From positions 432,822,001 through 432,886,000 of the forward strand of contig OZ024740.1 in the NCBI GenBank assembly GCA_964016885.1: a stretch of DNA of 64,000 nt, in the 5' to 3' direction. The number at the start of each line of letters is the position of its first letter. Positions within the stretch are counted from its first letter, which is position 1. The position numbers were made by a program, and so were the translations under genes. The notes beneath the pieces are model-generated. The model had not been told where the DNA came from. It made no database searches and saw only the letters and a list, made by a program, of their open reading frames with translations. The stretch comes from Eledone cirrhosa (lineage: Eukaryota). Positions 1 through 14,801 of the stretch are shown here, one piece after another.

Positions 1-779
1 ACAGAAGCAGTAAGATTGGAGACTTGATATGTGACAGAACCACAGAATCAGTAAGAATGGAGACTTGATATGTGACAGAACCACACAATCAGTAAGAATG
101 GAGACTTGATATGTGACAGAACCACACAATCAGTAAGAATGGAGACTTGATATGTGACAGAACCACAGAATCAGTAAAAATGGAGACTTGATATGTGACA
201 GAACCACATAAGCAGTAAGAATGGAGACTTGATATGTGACAGAACCACACAATCAGTAAGAATGGAGACTTAATATGCGACAGAACCACAGAAGCAGTAA
301 GAATGGAGACTTGATATGTGACAGAACTACAGAAGCAGTAAGAATGGAGACTTGATATGTGACAGAACCACAGAAGCAGTAAGTTTGGAGACTTGATATG
401 TGACAGAACCACAGAATCAGTAAGAATGGAGACTTGATATGTGACAGAACCACACAATCAGTAAGAATGGAGACTTGATATGTGACAGAACCACACAATC
501 AGTAAGAATGGAGACTTGATATGTGACAGAACCACAGAATCAGTAAAAATGGAGACTTGATATGTGACAGAACCACATAAGCAGTAAGAATGGAGACTTG
601 ATATGTGACAGAACCACACAATCAGTAAGAATGGAGACTTAATATGCGACAGAACCACAGAAGCAGTAAGAATGGAGACTTGATATGTAACAGAACCACA
701 GAATCAGTAATAATGGAGACTTGATATGTGACAGAACCACAGAAGCAGTAAGAATGGAGACTTGATATGTGACAGAACC

Positions 780-3700
780 ACAGAAGCAGTAAGAATGGAG
801 ACTTGATATGTGACAGAACCACAGAATCAGTAAAAATGGAGACTTGATATGTGACAGAACTACAGAAGCAGTAAGAATGGAGACTTGATATGTGACAGAA
901 CCACAGAATCAGTAAGAATGGAGACTTGATATGTGACAGAACCACAGAATCAGTAAGAATGGAGACTTGGTATGTGACAGAACCAGATAAGCAGTAAGAA
1001 TGGAGACTTGATATGTGACAGAACCACAGAAGCAGTAAGAATGGAGACTTGATATGTGACAGAACCACAGAAGCAGTAAGAATGGAGACTTGGTATGTGA
1101 CAGAACCACATAATCAGTAAGAATGGAGACTTGATATGTGACAGAACCACAGAAGCAGTAAGAATGGAGACTTGATATGTGACAGAACCACACAATCAGT
1201 AAGAATGGAGACTTGATATGTGACAGAACCACAGAAGCAGTAAGAATGGAGACTTGGTATGTGACAGAACCACAGAAGCAGTAAGAATGGAGACTTGGTA
1301 TGTGACAGAACCACAGAAGCAGTAAGAATGGAGACTTGATATGTGACAGAACCACAGAATCAGTAAAAATGGAGACTTGATATGTGACAGAACCACATAA
1401 GCAGTAAGAATGGAGACTTGATATGTCACAGAACCACACAATCAGTAAGAATGGAGACTTAATATGCGACAGAACCACAGAAGCAGGAAGAATGGAGACT
1501 TGATATGTGACAGAACCACAGAAGCAGTAAGTATGGAGACTTGATATGTGACAGAACGACAGAAGCAGTAAGAATGGAGACTTGATATGTGACAGAACCA
1601 CAGAATCAGTAAGAATGGAGACTTGATATGTAACAGAACCACAGAAGCAGTAAGAATGGAGACTTGTTATGTGACAGAACCACAGAAGCAGTAAGAATGG
1701 AGACTTGATATGTAACAGAACCACACAATCAGTAAGAATGGAGACTTGATATGTGACAGAACCACACAAGCAGTAAGAATGGAGACTTGATATGTGACAG
1801 AACCACAGAATCAGTAAGAATGGAGACTTGATATGTAACAGAACCACAGAAGCAGTAAGAATGGAGACTTGATATGTGACAGAACCACAGAATCAGTAAG
1901 AATGGAGACTTGATATGTGACAGAACCACAAAAGCAGTAAGAATGGAGACTTGATATGTAACAGAACCACAGAATCAGTAAGAATGGAGACTTGATATGT
2001 GACAGAACCACAGAATCAGTAAGAATGGAGACTTGATATGTGACAGAACCACAGAAGCAGTAAGAATGGAGACTTGATATGTGACAGAACCACAGAATCA
2101 GTAAGAATGGAGACTTGATATGTGACAGAACTACAGAAGCAGTAAGAATGGAGACTTGATATGTGACAGAACCACAGAATCAGTAAGAATGGAGACTTGA
2201 TATGTGACAGAACCACAGAATCAGTAAGAATGGAGACTTGGTATGTGACAGAACCAGATAAGCAGTAAGAATGGAGACTTGATATGTGACAGAACCACAG
2301 AAGCAGTAAGAATGGAGACTTGGTATGTGACAGAACCACAGAAGCAGTAAGAATGGAGACTTGATATGTGACAGAACCACATAAGCAGTAAGAATGGAGA
2401 CTTGATATGTGACAGAACCACACAATCAGTAAGTATGGAGACTTAATATACGACAGAACCACAGAAGCAGTAAGAATGGAGACTTGATATGTGACAGAAC
2501 CACAGAAGCAGTAAGAATGGAGACTTGATATGTGACAGAACGACAGAAGCAGTAAGAATGGAGACTTGATACGTGACAGAACCACAGAATCAGTAAGAAT
2601 GGAGACTTGATATGTAACAGAACCACAGAAGCAGTAAGAATGGAGACTTGATACGTGACAGAACCACAGAATCAGTAAGAATGGACACTTGATATGTGAC
2701 AGAACCACACAATCAGTAAGAATGGAGACTTGATATGTAACAGAACCACAGAACCAGTAAGAATGGAGACTTGATATGTGACAGAACCACAGAAGCAGTA
2801 AGAATGGAGACTTGATATGTGACAGAACCACAGAAGCAGTAAGAATGGAGACTTGATATGTGACAGAACCACACAATTAGTAAGAATGGAGACTTGATAT
2901 GTGACAGAACCACAGAATCAGTAAGAATGGAGACTTAATATGTGACAGAACCACAGAAGCAGTAAGAATGGAGACTTGATATGTGACAGAACCACAGAAT
3001 CAGTAAGAATGTAGACTTAATATGTGACAGAACCACAGAAGCAGTAAGAATGGAGACTTGATATGTGACAGAACCACAGAAGCAGTAAGAATGGAGACTT
3101 GATATGTGACAGAACCACAGAATCAGTAAGAATGGAGACATGATATGTGACAGAACTACAGAAGCAGTAAGAATGGAGACTTGATATGTGACAGAACCAC
3201 AGAATCAGTAAGAATGGAGACTTGATATGTGACAGAACCACACAATCAGTAAGAATGGAGACTTGATATGTGACAGAACCACAGAAGCAGTAAGAATGGA
3301 GACTTGATATGTGACAGAACCACACAATCAGTAAGAATGGAGACTTGATATGTGACAGAACCACAGAATCAGTAAGAATGGAGACTTGATATGTGACAGA
3401 ACCACACAATCAGTAAGAATGGAGACTTGATATGTGACAGAACTACAGAAGCAGTAAGAATGGAGACTTGATATGTGACAGAACCACAGAAGCAGTAAGA
3501 ATGGAGACTTGATATGTGACAGAACCACAGAAGCAGTAAGAATGGAGACTTGATATGTGACAGAACCACAGAAGCAGTAAGAATGGAGACTTGATATGTG
3601 ACAGAACCACAGAAGCAGTAAGAATGGAGACTTGATATGTGACAGAACCACAGAATCAGTAAGAATGGAGACTTGATATGTGACAGAACCACACAATCAG

Positions 3701-6680
3701 TAAGAATGGAGACTTGATATGTGACAGAACCACAGAATCAGTAAGAATGGAGACTTAATATATGACAGAACCACAGAAGCAGTAAGAATGGAGACTTGAT
3801 ATGTGACAGAACCACAGAATCAGTAAGAATGTAGACTTGATATGTGACAGAACCACAGAAGCAGTAAGAATGGACACTTGATATGTGACAGAACCACAGA
3901 AGCAGTAAGAATGGAGACTTGATATGTGACAGAACCACAGAAGCAGTAAGAATGGAGACTTGATATGTGACAGAACCATACAATCAGTAAGAATGGAGAC
4001 TTGATATGTGACAGAACCACAGAAGCAGTAAGAATGGAGAGTTGATATGTGACAGAACCACAGAAGCAGTAAGAATGGAGACTTGATATGTGACAGAACC
4101 ATACAATCAGTAAGAATGGAAACTTGATATGTGACAGAACCACAGAAGCAGTAAGAATGGAGACTTGATATGTGACAGAACCACAGAAGCAGTAAGAATG
4201 GAGACTTGATATGTGACAGAACCACAGAAGCAGTAAGAATGGAGACTTGATATGTGACAGAACCATGCAATCATTAAGAATGGAGACTTGATATGTGGCA
4301 GAACCACAGAAGCAGTAAGAATGGAGACTTGATATGTGACAGAACCATGCAATCATTAAGAATGGAGACTTGATATGTGACAGAACCACAGAATCAGTAA
4401 AAATGGAGACTTGATATGTGACAGAACCACAGAATCAGTAAAAATGGAGACTTGATATGTGACAGAACCACAGAAGCAGTAAGAATGGAGACTTGATATG
4501 TGACAGAACCACAGAAGCACTAAGAATGGAGACTTGATATGTGACAGAACCACAGAAGCACTAAGAATGGAGACTTGATATGTGACAGAACCACAGAAGC
4601 AGTAAGAATGGAGACTTGATATGTGACAGAACCACAGAATCAGTAATAATGGAGACTTGATATGTGACAGAACCACAGAAGCAGTAAGAATGGAGACTTG
4701 ATATGTGACAGAACCACAGAATCAGTAAGAATGGAGACTTAATATGTGACAGAACCACAGAAGCAGTAAGAATGGAGACTTGATATGTGACAGAACCACA
4801 GAAGCAGTAAGAATGGAGACTTGATATGTGACAGAACCATACAATCAGTAAGAATGGAGACTTGATATGTGACAGAACCACAGAAGCAGTAAGAATGGAG
4901 ACTTGATATGTGACAGAACCACAGAATCAGTAAGAATGGAGACTTGATATGTGACAGAACCACAGAATCAGTAAGAATGGAGACTTAATATGTGACAGAA
5001 CCACAGAAGCAGTAAGAATGGAGACTTGATATGTGACAGAACTACAGAAGCAGTAAGAATGGAGACTTGATATGTGACAGAACCACAGAAGCAGTAAGAA
5101 TGGAGACTTGATATGTGACAGAAACACACAATCAGTAAGAATGGAGACTTGATATGTGACAGAACCATACAATCAGTAAGAATGGAAACTTGATATGTGA
5201 CAGAACCACAGAAGCAGTAAGAATGGAGACTTGATATGTGACAGAACCATACAATCAGTAAGAATGGAGACTTGATATGTGACAGAACCACAGAAGCAGT
5301 AAGAATGGAGACATGATATGTGACAGAACCACAGAATCAGTAAGAATGGAGACTTGATATGTGACAGAACTACAGAAGCAGTAAGAATGGAGACTTGATA
5401 TGTGACAGAACCACAGAATCAGTAAGAATGGAGACTTGATATGTGACAGAACCACAGAATCAGTAAGAATGGAGACTTGGTATGTGACAGAACCAGATAA
5501 GCAGTAAGAATGGAGACTTGATATGTGACAGAACCACAGAAGCAGTAAGAATGGAGACTTGATATGTGACAGAACCACAGAAGCAGTAAGAATGGAGACT
5601 TGGTATGTGACAGAACCACATAAGCAGTAAGAATGGAGACTTGATATGTGACAGAACCACAGAAGCAGTAAGAATGGAGACTTGATATGTGACAGAACCA
5701 CACAATCAGTAAGAATGGAGACTTGATATGTGACAGAACCACAGAAGCAGTAAGAATGGAGACTTGGTATGTGACAGAACCACAGAAGCAGTAAGAATGG
5801 AGACTTGGTATGTGACAGAACCACAGAAGCAGTAAGAATGGAGACTTGATATGTGACAGAACCACAGAATCAGTAAAAATGGAGACTTGATATGTGACAG
5901 AACCACATAAGCAGTAAGAATGGAGACTTGATATGTCACAGAACCACAGAATCAGTAAGAATGGAGACTTAATATGCGACAGAACCACAGAAGCAGGAAG
6001 AATGGAGACTTGATATGTGACAGAACCACAGAAGCAGTAAGTATGGAGACTTGATATGTGACAGAACGACAGAAGCAGTAAGAATGGAGACTTGATATGT
6101 GACAGAACCACAGAATCAGTAAGAATGGAGACTTGATATGTAACAGAACCACAGAAGCAGTGAGAATGGAGACTTGGTATGTGACAGAACCACAGAAGCA
6201 GTAAGAATGGAGACTTGATATGTAACAGAACCACACAATCAGTAAGAATGGAGACTTGTTATGTGACAGAACCACACAAGCAGTAAGAATGGAGACTTGA
6301 TATGTGACAGAACCACAGAATCAGTAAGAATGGAGACTTGATATGTAACAGAACCACAGAAGCAGTAAGAATGGAGACTTGATATGTGACAGAACCACAG
6401 AATCAGTAAGAATGGAGACTTGATATGTGACAGAACCACAAAAGCAGTAAGAATGGAGACTTGATATGTAACAGAACCACAGAATCAGTAAGAATAGAGA
6501 CTTGATATGTGACAGAACCACAGAATCAGTAAGAATGGAGACTTGATATGTGACAGAACCACAGAAGCAGTAAGAATGGAGACTTGATATGTGACAGAAC
6601 CACAGAATCAGTAAGAATGGAGACTTGATATGTGACAGAACTACAGAAGCAGTAAGAATGGAGACTTGATATGTGACAGA
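780..6680. repeat. Dispersed duplication of a ~34-monomer variant block (~780-2170 and ~5290-6680), offset 4,510 bp = 110 monomers; further copies near 8.6-9.8 kb and 11.7-12.9 kb
   Basis: The rare GTCACAG variant lies at 1427, 5937, 9217 and 12292 (spacings 110, 80, 75 monomers). AGATAAGC monomers lie at 985, 5495, 8775 and 11850. ORF-track pairs 909/5419, 1196/5706 and 1811/6321 share the 4,510 offset. Confidence 0.85.
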
Positions 6681-6806
6681 ACCACAGAAGCAGTAAGAAT
6701 GGAGACTTGATATGTGACAGAACCACAGAAGCAGTAAGAATGGAGAGTTGATATGTGACAGAACCACACAATCAGTAAGAATGGAGACTTGATATGTGAC
6801 AGAACC

Positions 6807-9800
6807 ACAGAAGCAGTAAGAATGGAGAGTTGATATGTGACAGAACCACAGAAGCAGTAAGAATGGAGACTTGATATGTGACAGAACCACAGAATCAGTA
6901 AGAATGGAGACTTGATATGTGACAGAACCATACAATCAGTAACAATGGAGACTTGATATGTGACAGAACTACAGAAGCAGTAAGATTGGAGACTTGATAT
7001 GTGACAGAACCACAGAATCAGTAAGAATGGAGACTTGATATGTGACAGAACCACAGAATCAGTAAGAATGGAGACTTGATATGTGACAGAACCACAGAAG
7101 CAGTAAGAATGGAGACTTGATATGTGACAGAACCACAGAAGCAGTAAGAATGGAGACTTGATATGTGACAGAACCACAGAAGCAGTAAGAATGGAGACTT
7201 GATATGTGACAGAATTACAGAAGCAGTAAGAATGGAGACTTGATATGTGACAGAACCACACAATCAGTAAGAATGGAGACTTGATATGTGACAGAACCAC
7301 AGAAGCAGTAAGAATGGAGACTTGATATGTGACAGAACTACAGAAGCAGTAAGAATGGAGACTTGATATGTGACAGAACCACACAATCAGTAAGAATGGA
7401 GACTTGATATGTGACAGAACCACAGAAGCAGTAAGAATGGAGACTTGATATGTGACAGAACTACAGAAGCAGTAAGAATGGAGACTTGATATGTGACAGA
7501 ACCACACAATCAGTAAGAATGGAGACTTGATATGTGACAGAACCACAGAAGCAGTAAGAATGGAGACTTGATATGTGACAGAACTACAGAAGCAGTAAGA
7601 ATGGAGACTTGATATGTGACAGAACCACACAATCAGTAAGAATGGAGACTTGATATGTGACAGAACTACAGAAGCAGTAAGAATGGAGACTTGATATGTG
7701 ACAGAACCACAGAAGCAGTAAGATTGGAGACTTGATATGTGACAGAACCACAGAATCAGTAAGAATGGAGACTTGATATGTGACAGAACCACACAATCAG
7801 TAAGAATGGAGACTTGATATGTGACAGAACCACACAATCAGTAAGAATGGAGACTTGATATGTGACAGAACCACAGAATCAGTAAAAATGGAGACTTGAT
7901 ATGTGACAGAACCACATAAGCAGTAAGAATGGAGACTTGATATGTGACAGAACCACACAATCAGTAAGAATGGAGACTTAATATGCGACAGAACCACAGA
8001 AGCAGGAAGAATGGAGACTTGATATGTGACAGAACCACAGAAGCAGTAAGAATGGAGACTTGATATGTGACAGAACGACAGAAGCAGTAAGAATGGAGAC
8101 TTGATATGTGACAGAACCACAGAATCAGTAAGAATGGAGACTTGATATGTAACAGAACCACAGAAGCAGTAAGAATGGAGACTTGGTATGTGACAGAACC
8201 ACAGAAGCAGTAAGAATGGAGACTTGATATGTAACAGAACCACACAATCAGTAAGAATGGAGACTTGATATGTGACAGAACCACACAAGCACTAAGAATG
8301 GAGACTTGATATGTGACAGAACCACAGAATCAGTAAGAATGGAGACTTGATATGTAACAGAACCACAGAAGCAGTAAGAATGGAGACTTGATATGTGACA
8401 GAACCACACAATCAGTAAGAATGGAGACTTGATATGTGACAGAACCACAAAAGCAGTAAGAATGGAGACTTGATATGTAACAGAACCACAGAATCAGTAA
8501 GAATGGAGACTTGATATGTGACAGAACCACAGAATCAGTAAGAATGGAGACTTGATATGTGACAGAACCACAGAAGCAGTAAGAATGGAGACTTGATATG
8601 TGACAGAACCACAGAATCAGTAAGAATGGAGACTTGATATGTGACAGAACTACAGAAGCAGTAAGAATGGAGACTTGATATGTGACAGAACCACAGAATC
8701 AGTAAGAATGGAGACTTGATATGTGACAGAACCACAGAATCAGTAAGAATGGAGACTTGGTATGTGACAGAACCAGATAAGCAGTAAGAATGGAGACTTG
8801 ATATGTGACAGAACCACAGAAGCAGTAAGAATGGAGACTTGATATGTGACAGAACCACAGAAGCAGTAAGAATGGAGACTTGGTATGTGACAGAACCACA
8901 TAAGCAGTAAGAATGGAGACTTGATATGTGACAGAACCACAGAAGCAGTAAGAATGGAGACTTGATATGTGACAGAACCACACAATCAGTAAGAATGGAG
9001 ACTTGATATGTGACAGAACCACAGAAGCAGTAAGAATGGAGACTTGGTATGTGACAGAACCACAGAAGCAGTAAGAATGGAGACTTGGTATGTGACAGAA
9101 CCACAGAAGCAGTAAGAATGGAGACTTGATATGTGACAGAACCACAGAATCAGTAAAAATGGAGACTTGATATGTGACAGAACCACATAAGCAGTAAGAA
9201 TGGAGACTTGATATGTCACAGAACCACACAATCAGTAAGAATGGAGACTTAATATGCGACAGAACCACAGAAGCAGGAAGAATGGAGACTTGATATGTGA
9301 CAGAACCACAGAAGCAGTAAGTATGGAGACTTGATATGTGACAGAACGACAGAAGCAGTAAGAATGGAGACTTGATATGTGACAGAACCACAGAATCAGT
9401 AAGAATGGAGACTTGATATGTAACAGAACCACAGAAGCAGTAAGAATGGAGACTTGTTATGTGACAGAACCACAGAAGCAGTAAGAATGGAGACTTGATA
9501 TGTAACAGAACCACACAATCAGTAAGAATGGAGACTTGATATGTGACAGAACCACACAAGCAGTAAGAATGGAGACTTGATATGTGACAGAACCACAGAA
9601 TCAGTAAGAATGGAGACTTGATATGTAACAGAACCACAGAAGCAGTAAGAATGGAGACTTGATATGTGACAGAACCACAGAATCAGTAAGAATGGAGACT
9701 TGATATGTGACAGAACCACAAAAGCAGTAAGAATGGAGACTTGATATGTAACAGAACCACAGAATCAGTAAGAATGGAGACTTGATATGTGACAGAACCA

Positions 9801-12800
9801 CAGAATCAGTAACAATGGAGACTTGATATGTGACAGAACCACAGAAGCAGTAAGAATGGAGACTTGATATGTGACAGAACCACAGAATCAGTAAGAATGG
9901 AGACTTGATATGTGACAGAACCACAGAAGCAGTAAGAATGGAGAGTTGATATGTGACAGAACCACAGAAGCAGTAAGAATGGAGACTTGATATGTGACAG
10001 AACCACAGAATCAGTAAGAATGGAGACTTGATATGTGACAGAACCACACAATCAGTAACAATGGAGACTTGATATGTGACAGAACTACAGAAGCAGTAAG
10101 ATTGGAGACTTGATATGTGACAGAACCACAGAATCAGTAAGAATGGAGACTTGATATGTGACAGAACCACAGAATCAGTAAGAATGGAGACTTGATATGT
10201 GACAGAACCACAGAAGCAGTAAGAATGGAGACTTGATATGTGACAGAACCACAGAAGCAGTAAGAATGGAGACTTGATATGTGACAGAACCACAGAAGCA
10301 GTAAGAATGGAGACTTGATATGTGACAGAATTACAGAAGCAGTAAGAATGGAGACTTGATATGTGACAGAACCACAGAATCAGTAAGAATGGAGACTTGA
10401 TATGTGACAGAACCACAGAAGCAGTAAGAATGGAGACTTGATATGTGACAGAACTACAGAAGCAGTAAGAATGGAGACTTGATATGTGACAGAACCACAC
10501 AATCAGTAAGAATGGAGACTTGATATGTGACAGAACCACAGAAGCAGTAAGAATGGAGACTTGATATGTGACAGAACTACAGAAGCAGTAAGAATGGAGA
10601 CTTGATATGTGACAGAACCACACAATCAGTAAGAATGGAGACTTGATATGTGACAGAACCACAGAAGCAGTAAGAATGGAGACTTGATATGTGACAGAAC
10701 TACAGAAGCAGTAAGAATGGAGACTTGATATGTGACAGAACCACACAATCAGTAAGAATGGAGACTTGATATGTGACAGAACTACAGAAGCAGTAAGAAT
10801 GGAGACTTGATATGTGACAGAACCACAGAAGCAGTAAGATTGGAGACTTGATATGTGACAGAACCACAGAATCAGTAAGAATGGAGACTTGATATGTGAC
10901 AGAACCACACAATCAGTAAGAATGGAGACTTGATATGTGACAGAACCACACAATCAGTAAGAATGGAGACTTGATATGTGACAGAACCACAGAATCAGTA
11001 AAAATGGAGACTTGATATGTGACAGAACCACATAAGCAGTAAGAATGGAGACTTGATATGTGACAGAACCACACAATCAGTAAGAATGGAGACTTAATAT
11101 GCGACAGAACCACAGAAGCAGGAAGAATGGAGACTTGATATGTGACAGAACCACAGAAGCAGTAAGAATGGAGACTTGATATGTGACAGAACGACAGAAG
11201 CAGTAAGAATGGAGACTTGATATGTGACAGAACCACAGAATCAGTAAGAATGGAGACTTGATATGTAACAGAACCACAGAAGCAGTAAGAATGGAGACTT
11301 GGTATGTGACAGAACCACAGAAGCAGTAAGAATGGAGACTTGATATGTAACAGAACCACACAATCAGTAAGAATGGAGACTTGATATGTGACAGAACCAC
11401 ACAAGCACTAAGAATGGAGACTTGATATGTGACAGAACCACAGAATCAGTAAGAATGGAGACTTGATATGTAACAGAACCACAGAAGCAGTAAGAATGGA
11501 GACTTGATATGTGACAGAACCACAGAATCAGTAAGAATGGAGACTTGATATGTGACAGAACCACAAAAGCAGTAAGAATGGAGACTTGATATGTAACAGA
11601 ACCACAGAATCAGTAAGAATGGAGACTTGATATGTGACAGAACCACAGAATCAGTAAGAATGGAGACTTGATATGTGACAGAACCACAGAAGCAGTAAGA
11701 ATGGAGACTTGATATGTGACAGAACTACAGAAGCAGTAAGAATGGAGACTTGATATGTGACAGAACCACAGAATCAGTAAGAATGGAGACTTGATATGTG
11801 ACAGAACCACAGAATCAGTAAGAATGGAGACTTGGTATGTGACAGAACCAGATAAGCAGTAAGAATGGAGACTTGATATGTGACAGAACCACAGAAGCAG
11901 TAAGAATGGAGACTTGATATGTGACAGAACCACAGAAGCAGTAAGAATGGAGACTTGGTATGTGACAGAACCACATAAGCAGTAAGAATGGAGACTTGAT
12001 ATGTGACAGAACCACAGAAGCAGTAAGAATGGAGACTTGATATGTGACAGAACCACACAATCAGTAAGAATGGAGACTTGATATGTGACAGAACCACAGA
12101 AGCAGTAAGAATGGAGACTTGGTATGTGACAGAACCACAGAAGCAGTAAGAATGGAGACTTGGTATGTGACAGAACCACAGAAGCAGTAAGAATGGAGAC
12201 TTGATATGTGACAGAACCACAGAATCAGTAAAAATGGAGACTTGATATGTGACAGAACCACATAAGCAGTAAGAATGGAGACTTGATATGTCACAGAACC
12301 ACACAATCAGTAAGAATGGAGACTTAATATGCGACAGAACCACAGAAGCAGGAAGAATGGAGACTTGATATGTGACAGAACCACAGAAGCAGTAAGTATG
12401 GAGACTTGATATGTGACAGAACGACAGAAGCAGTAAGAATGGAGACTTGATATGTGACAGAACCACAGAATCAGTAAGAATGGAGACTTGATATGTAACA
12501 GAACCACAGAAGCAGTAAGAATGGAGACTTGTTATGTGACAGAACCACAGAAGCAGTAAGAATGGAGACTTGATATGTAACAGAACCACACAATCAGTAA
12601 GAATGGAGACTTGATATGTGACAGAACCACACAAGCAGTAAGAATGGAGACTTGATATGTGACAGAACCACAGAATCAGTAAGAATGGAGACTTGATATG
12701 TAACAGAACCACAGAAGCAGTAAGAATGGAGACTTGATATGTGACAGAACCACAGAATCAGTAAGAATGGAGACTTGATATGTGACAGAACCACAAAAGC

Positions 12801-12997
12801 AGTAAGAATGGAGACTTGATATGTAACAGAACCACAGAATCAGTAAGAATGGAGACTTGATATGTGACAGAACCACAGAATCAGTAACAATGGAGACTTG
12901 ATATGTGACAGAACCACAGAAGCAGTAAGAATGGAGACTTGATATGTGACAGAACCACAGAATCAGTAAGAATGGAGACTTGATATGTGACAGAACC
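6807..12997. repeat. Tandem higher-order duplication: 6807-9922 (76 monomers) followed by 9923-12997 (75 monomers; one monomer fewer near 11.65 kb)
   Basis: Markers at offset 3,116: GAGTT 6829/9945, TAACAATG 6943/10059, AATTACAG 7215/10331. Markers at offset 3,075: AGATAAGC 8775/11850, TAACAATG 9813/12888. Confidence 0.9.
7176..7667. repeat. Local trimeric (123-bp) higher-order repeat, about 4 copies; duplicated at ~10292-10783
   Basis: A three-monomer cycle (ACAGAAGC ending AACT or AATT, then ACAGAAGC, then ACACAATC) starts at 7176, 7299, 7422 and 7545. Confidence 0.8.
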
Positions 12998-14801
12998 ACA
13001 GAATCAGTAAGAATGGAGACTTGGTATGTGACAGAACCAGATAAGCAGTAAGAATGGAGACTTGATATGTGACAGAACCACAGAAGCAGTAAGAATGGAG
13101 ACTTGGTATGTGACAGAACCACAGAAGCAGTAAGAATGGAGACTTGATATGTGACAGAACCACATAAGCAGTAAGAATGGAGACTTGATATGTGACAGAA
13201 CCACACAATCAGTAAGAATGGAGACTTAATATACGACAGAACCACAGAAGCAGTAAGAATGGAGACTTGATATGTGACAGAACCACAGAAGCAGTAAGAA
13301 TGGAGACTTGATATGTGACAGAACGACAGAAGCAGTAAGAATGGAGACTTGATACGTGACAGAACCACAGAATCAGTAAGAATGGAGACTTGATATGTAA
13401 CAGAACCACAGAAGCAGTAAGAATGGAGACTTGGTATGTGACAGAACCACAGAAGCAGTAAGAATGGAGACTTGATATGTAACAGAACCACACAATCAGT
13501 AAGAATGGAGACTTGATATGTAACAGAACCACAGAACCAGTAAGAATGGAGACTTGATATGTGACAGAACCACAGAAGCAGTAAGAATGGAGACTTGATA
13601 TGTGACAGAACCACAGAAGCAGTAAGAATGGAGACTTGATATGTGACAGAACCACACAATTAGTAAGAATGGAGACTTGATATGTGACAGAACCACAGAA
13701 TCAGTAAGAATGGAGACTTAATATGTGACAGAACCACAGAAGCAGTAAGAATGGAGACTTGATATGTGACAGAACCACAGAATCAGTAAGAATGGAGACA
13801 TGATATGTGACAGAACTACAGAAGCAGTAAGAATGGAGACTTGATATGTGACAGAACCACAGAATCAGTAAGAATGGAGACTTGATATGTCACAGAACCA
13901 CACAATCAGTAAGAATGGAGACTTGATATGTGACAGAACCACAGAAGCAGTAAGAATGGAGACTTGATATGTGACAGAACCACACAATCAGTAAGAATGG
14001 AGACTTGATATGTAACAGAACCACAGAACCAGTAAGAATGGAGACTTGATATGTGACAGAACTACAGAAGCAGTAAGAATGGAGACTTGATATGTGACAG
14101 AACCACAGAAGCAGTAAGAATGGAGACTTGATATGTGACAGAACCACAGAAGCAGTAAGAATGGAGACTTGATATGTGACAGAACCACAGAAGCAGTAAG
14201 AATGGAGACTTGATATGTGACAGAACCACAGAAGCAGTAAGAATGGAGACTTGGTATGTGACAGAACCACAGAAGCAGTAAGAATGGAGACTTGATATGT
14301 GACAGAACCACAGAAGCAGTAAGAATGGAGACTTGATATGTGACAGAACCACACAATCAGTAAGAATGGAGACTTGATATGTGACAGAACCACAGAAGCA
14401 CTAAGAATGGAGACTTGATATATGACAGAACCACAGAATCAGTAAGAATGGAGACTTAATATATGACAGAACCACAGAAGCAGTAAGAATGGAGACTTGA
14501 TATGTGACAGAACCACAGAATCAGTAAGAATGTAGACTTGATATGTGACAGAACCACAGAAGCAGTAAGAATGGAGACTTGATATGTGACAGAACCACAG
14601 AAGCAGTAAGAATGGAGACTTGATATGTGACAGAACCATACAATCAGTAAGAATGGAGACTTGATATGTGACAGAACCACAGAAGCAGTAAGAATGGAGA
14701 CTTGATATGTGACAGAACCATACAATCAGTAAGAATGGAGACTTGATATGTGACAGAACCACAGAAGCAGTAAGAATGGAGACTTGATATGTGACAGAAC
14801 C

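Noticed and set aside
30-45. CRP/FNR-like bacterial operator (TGTGA...CACA)
   Set aside because: Spacing and second half-site do not fit TGTGA-N6-TCACA, and there is no promoter or gene context.
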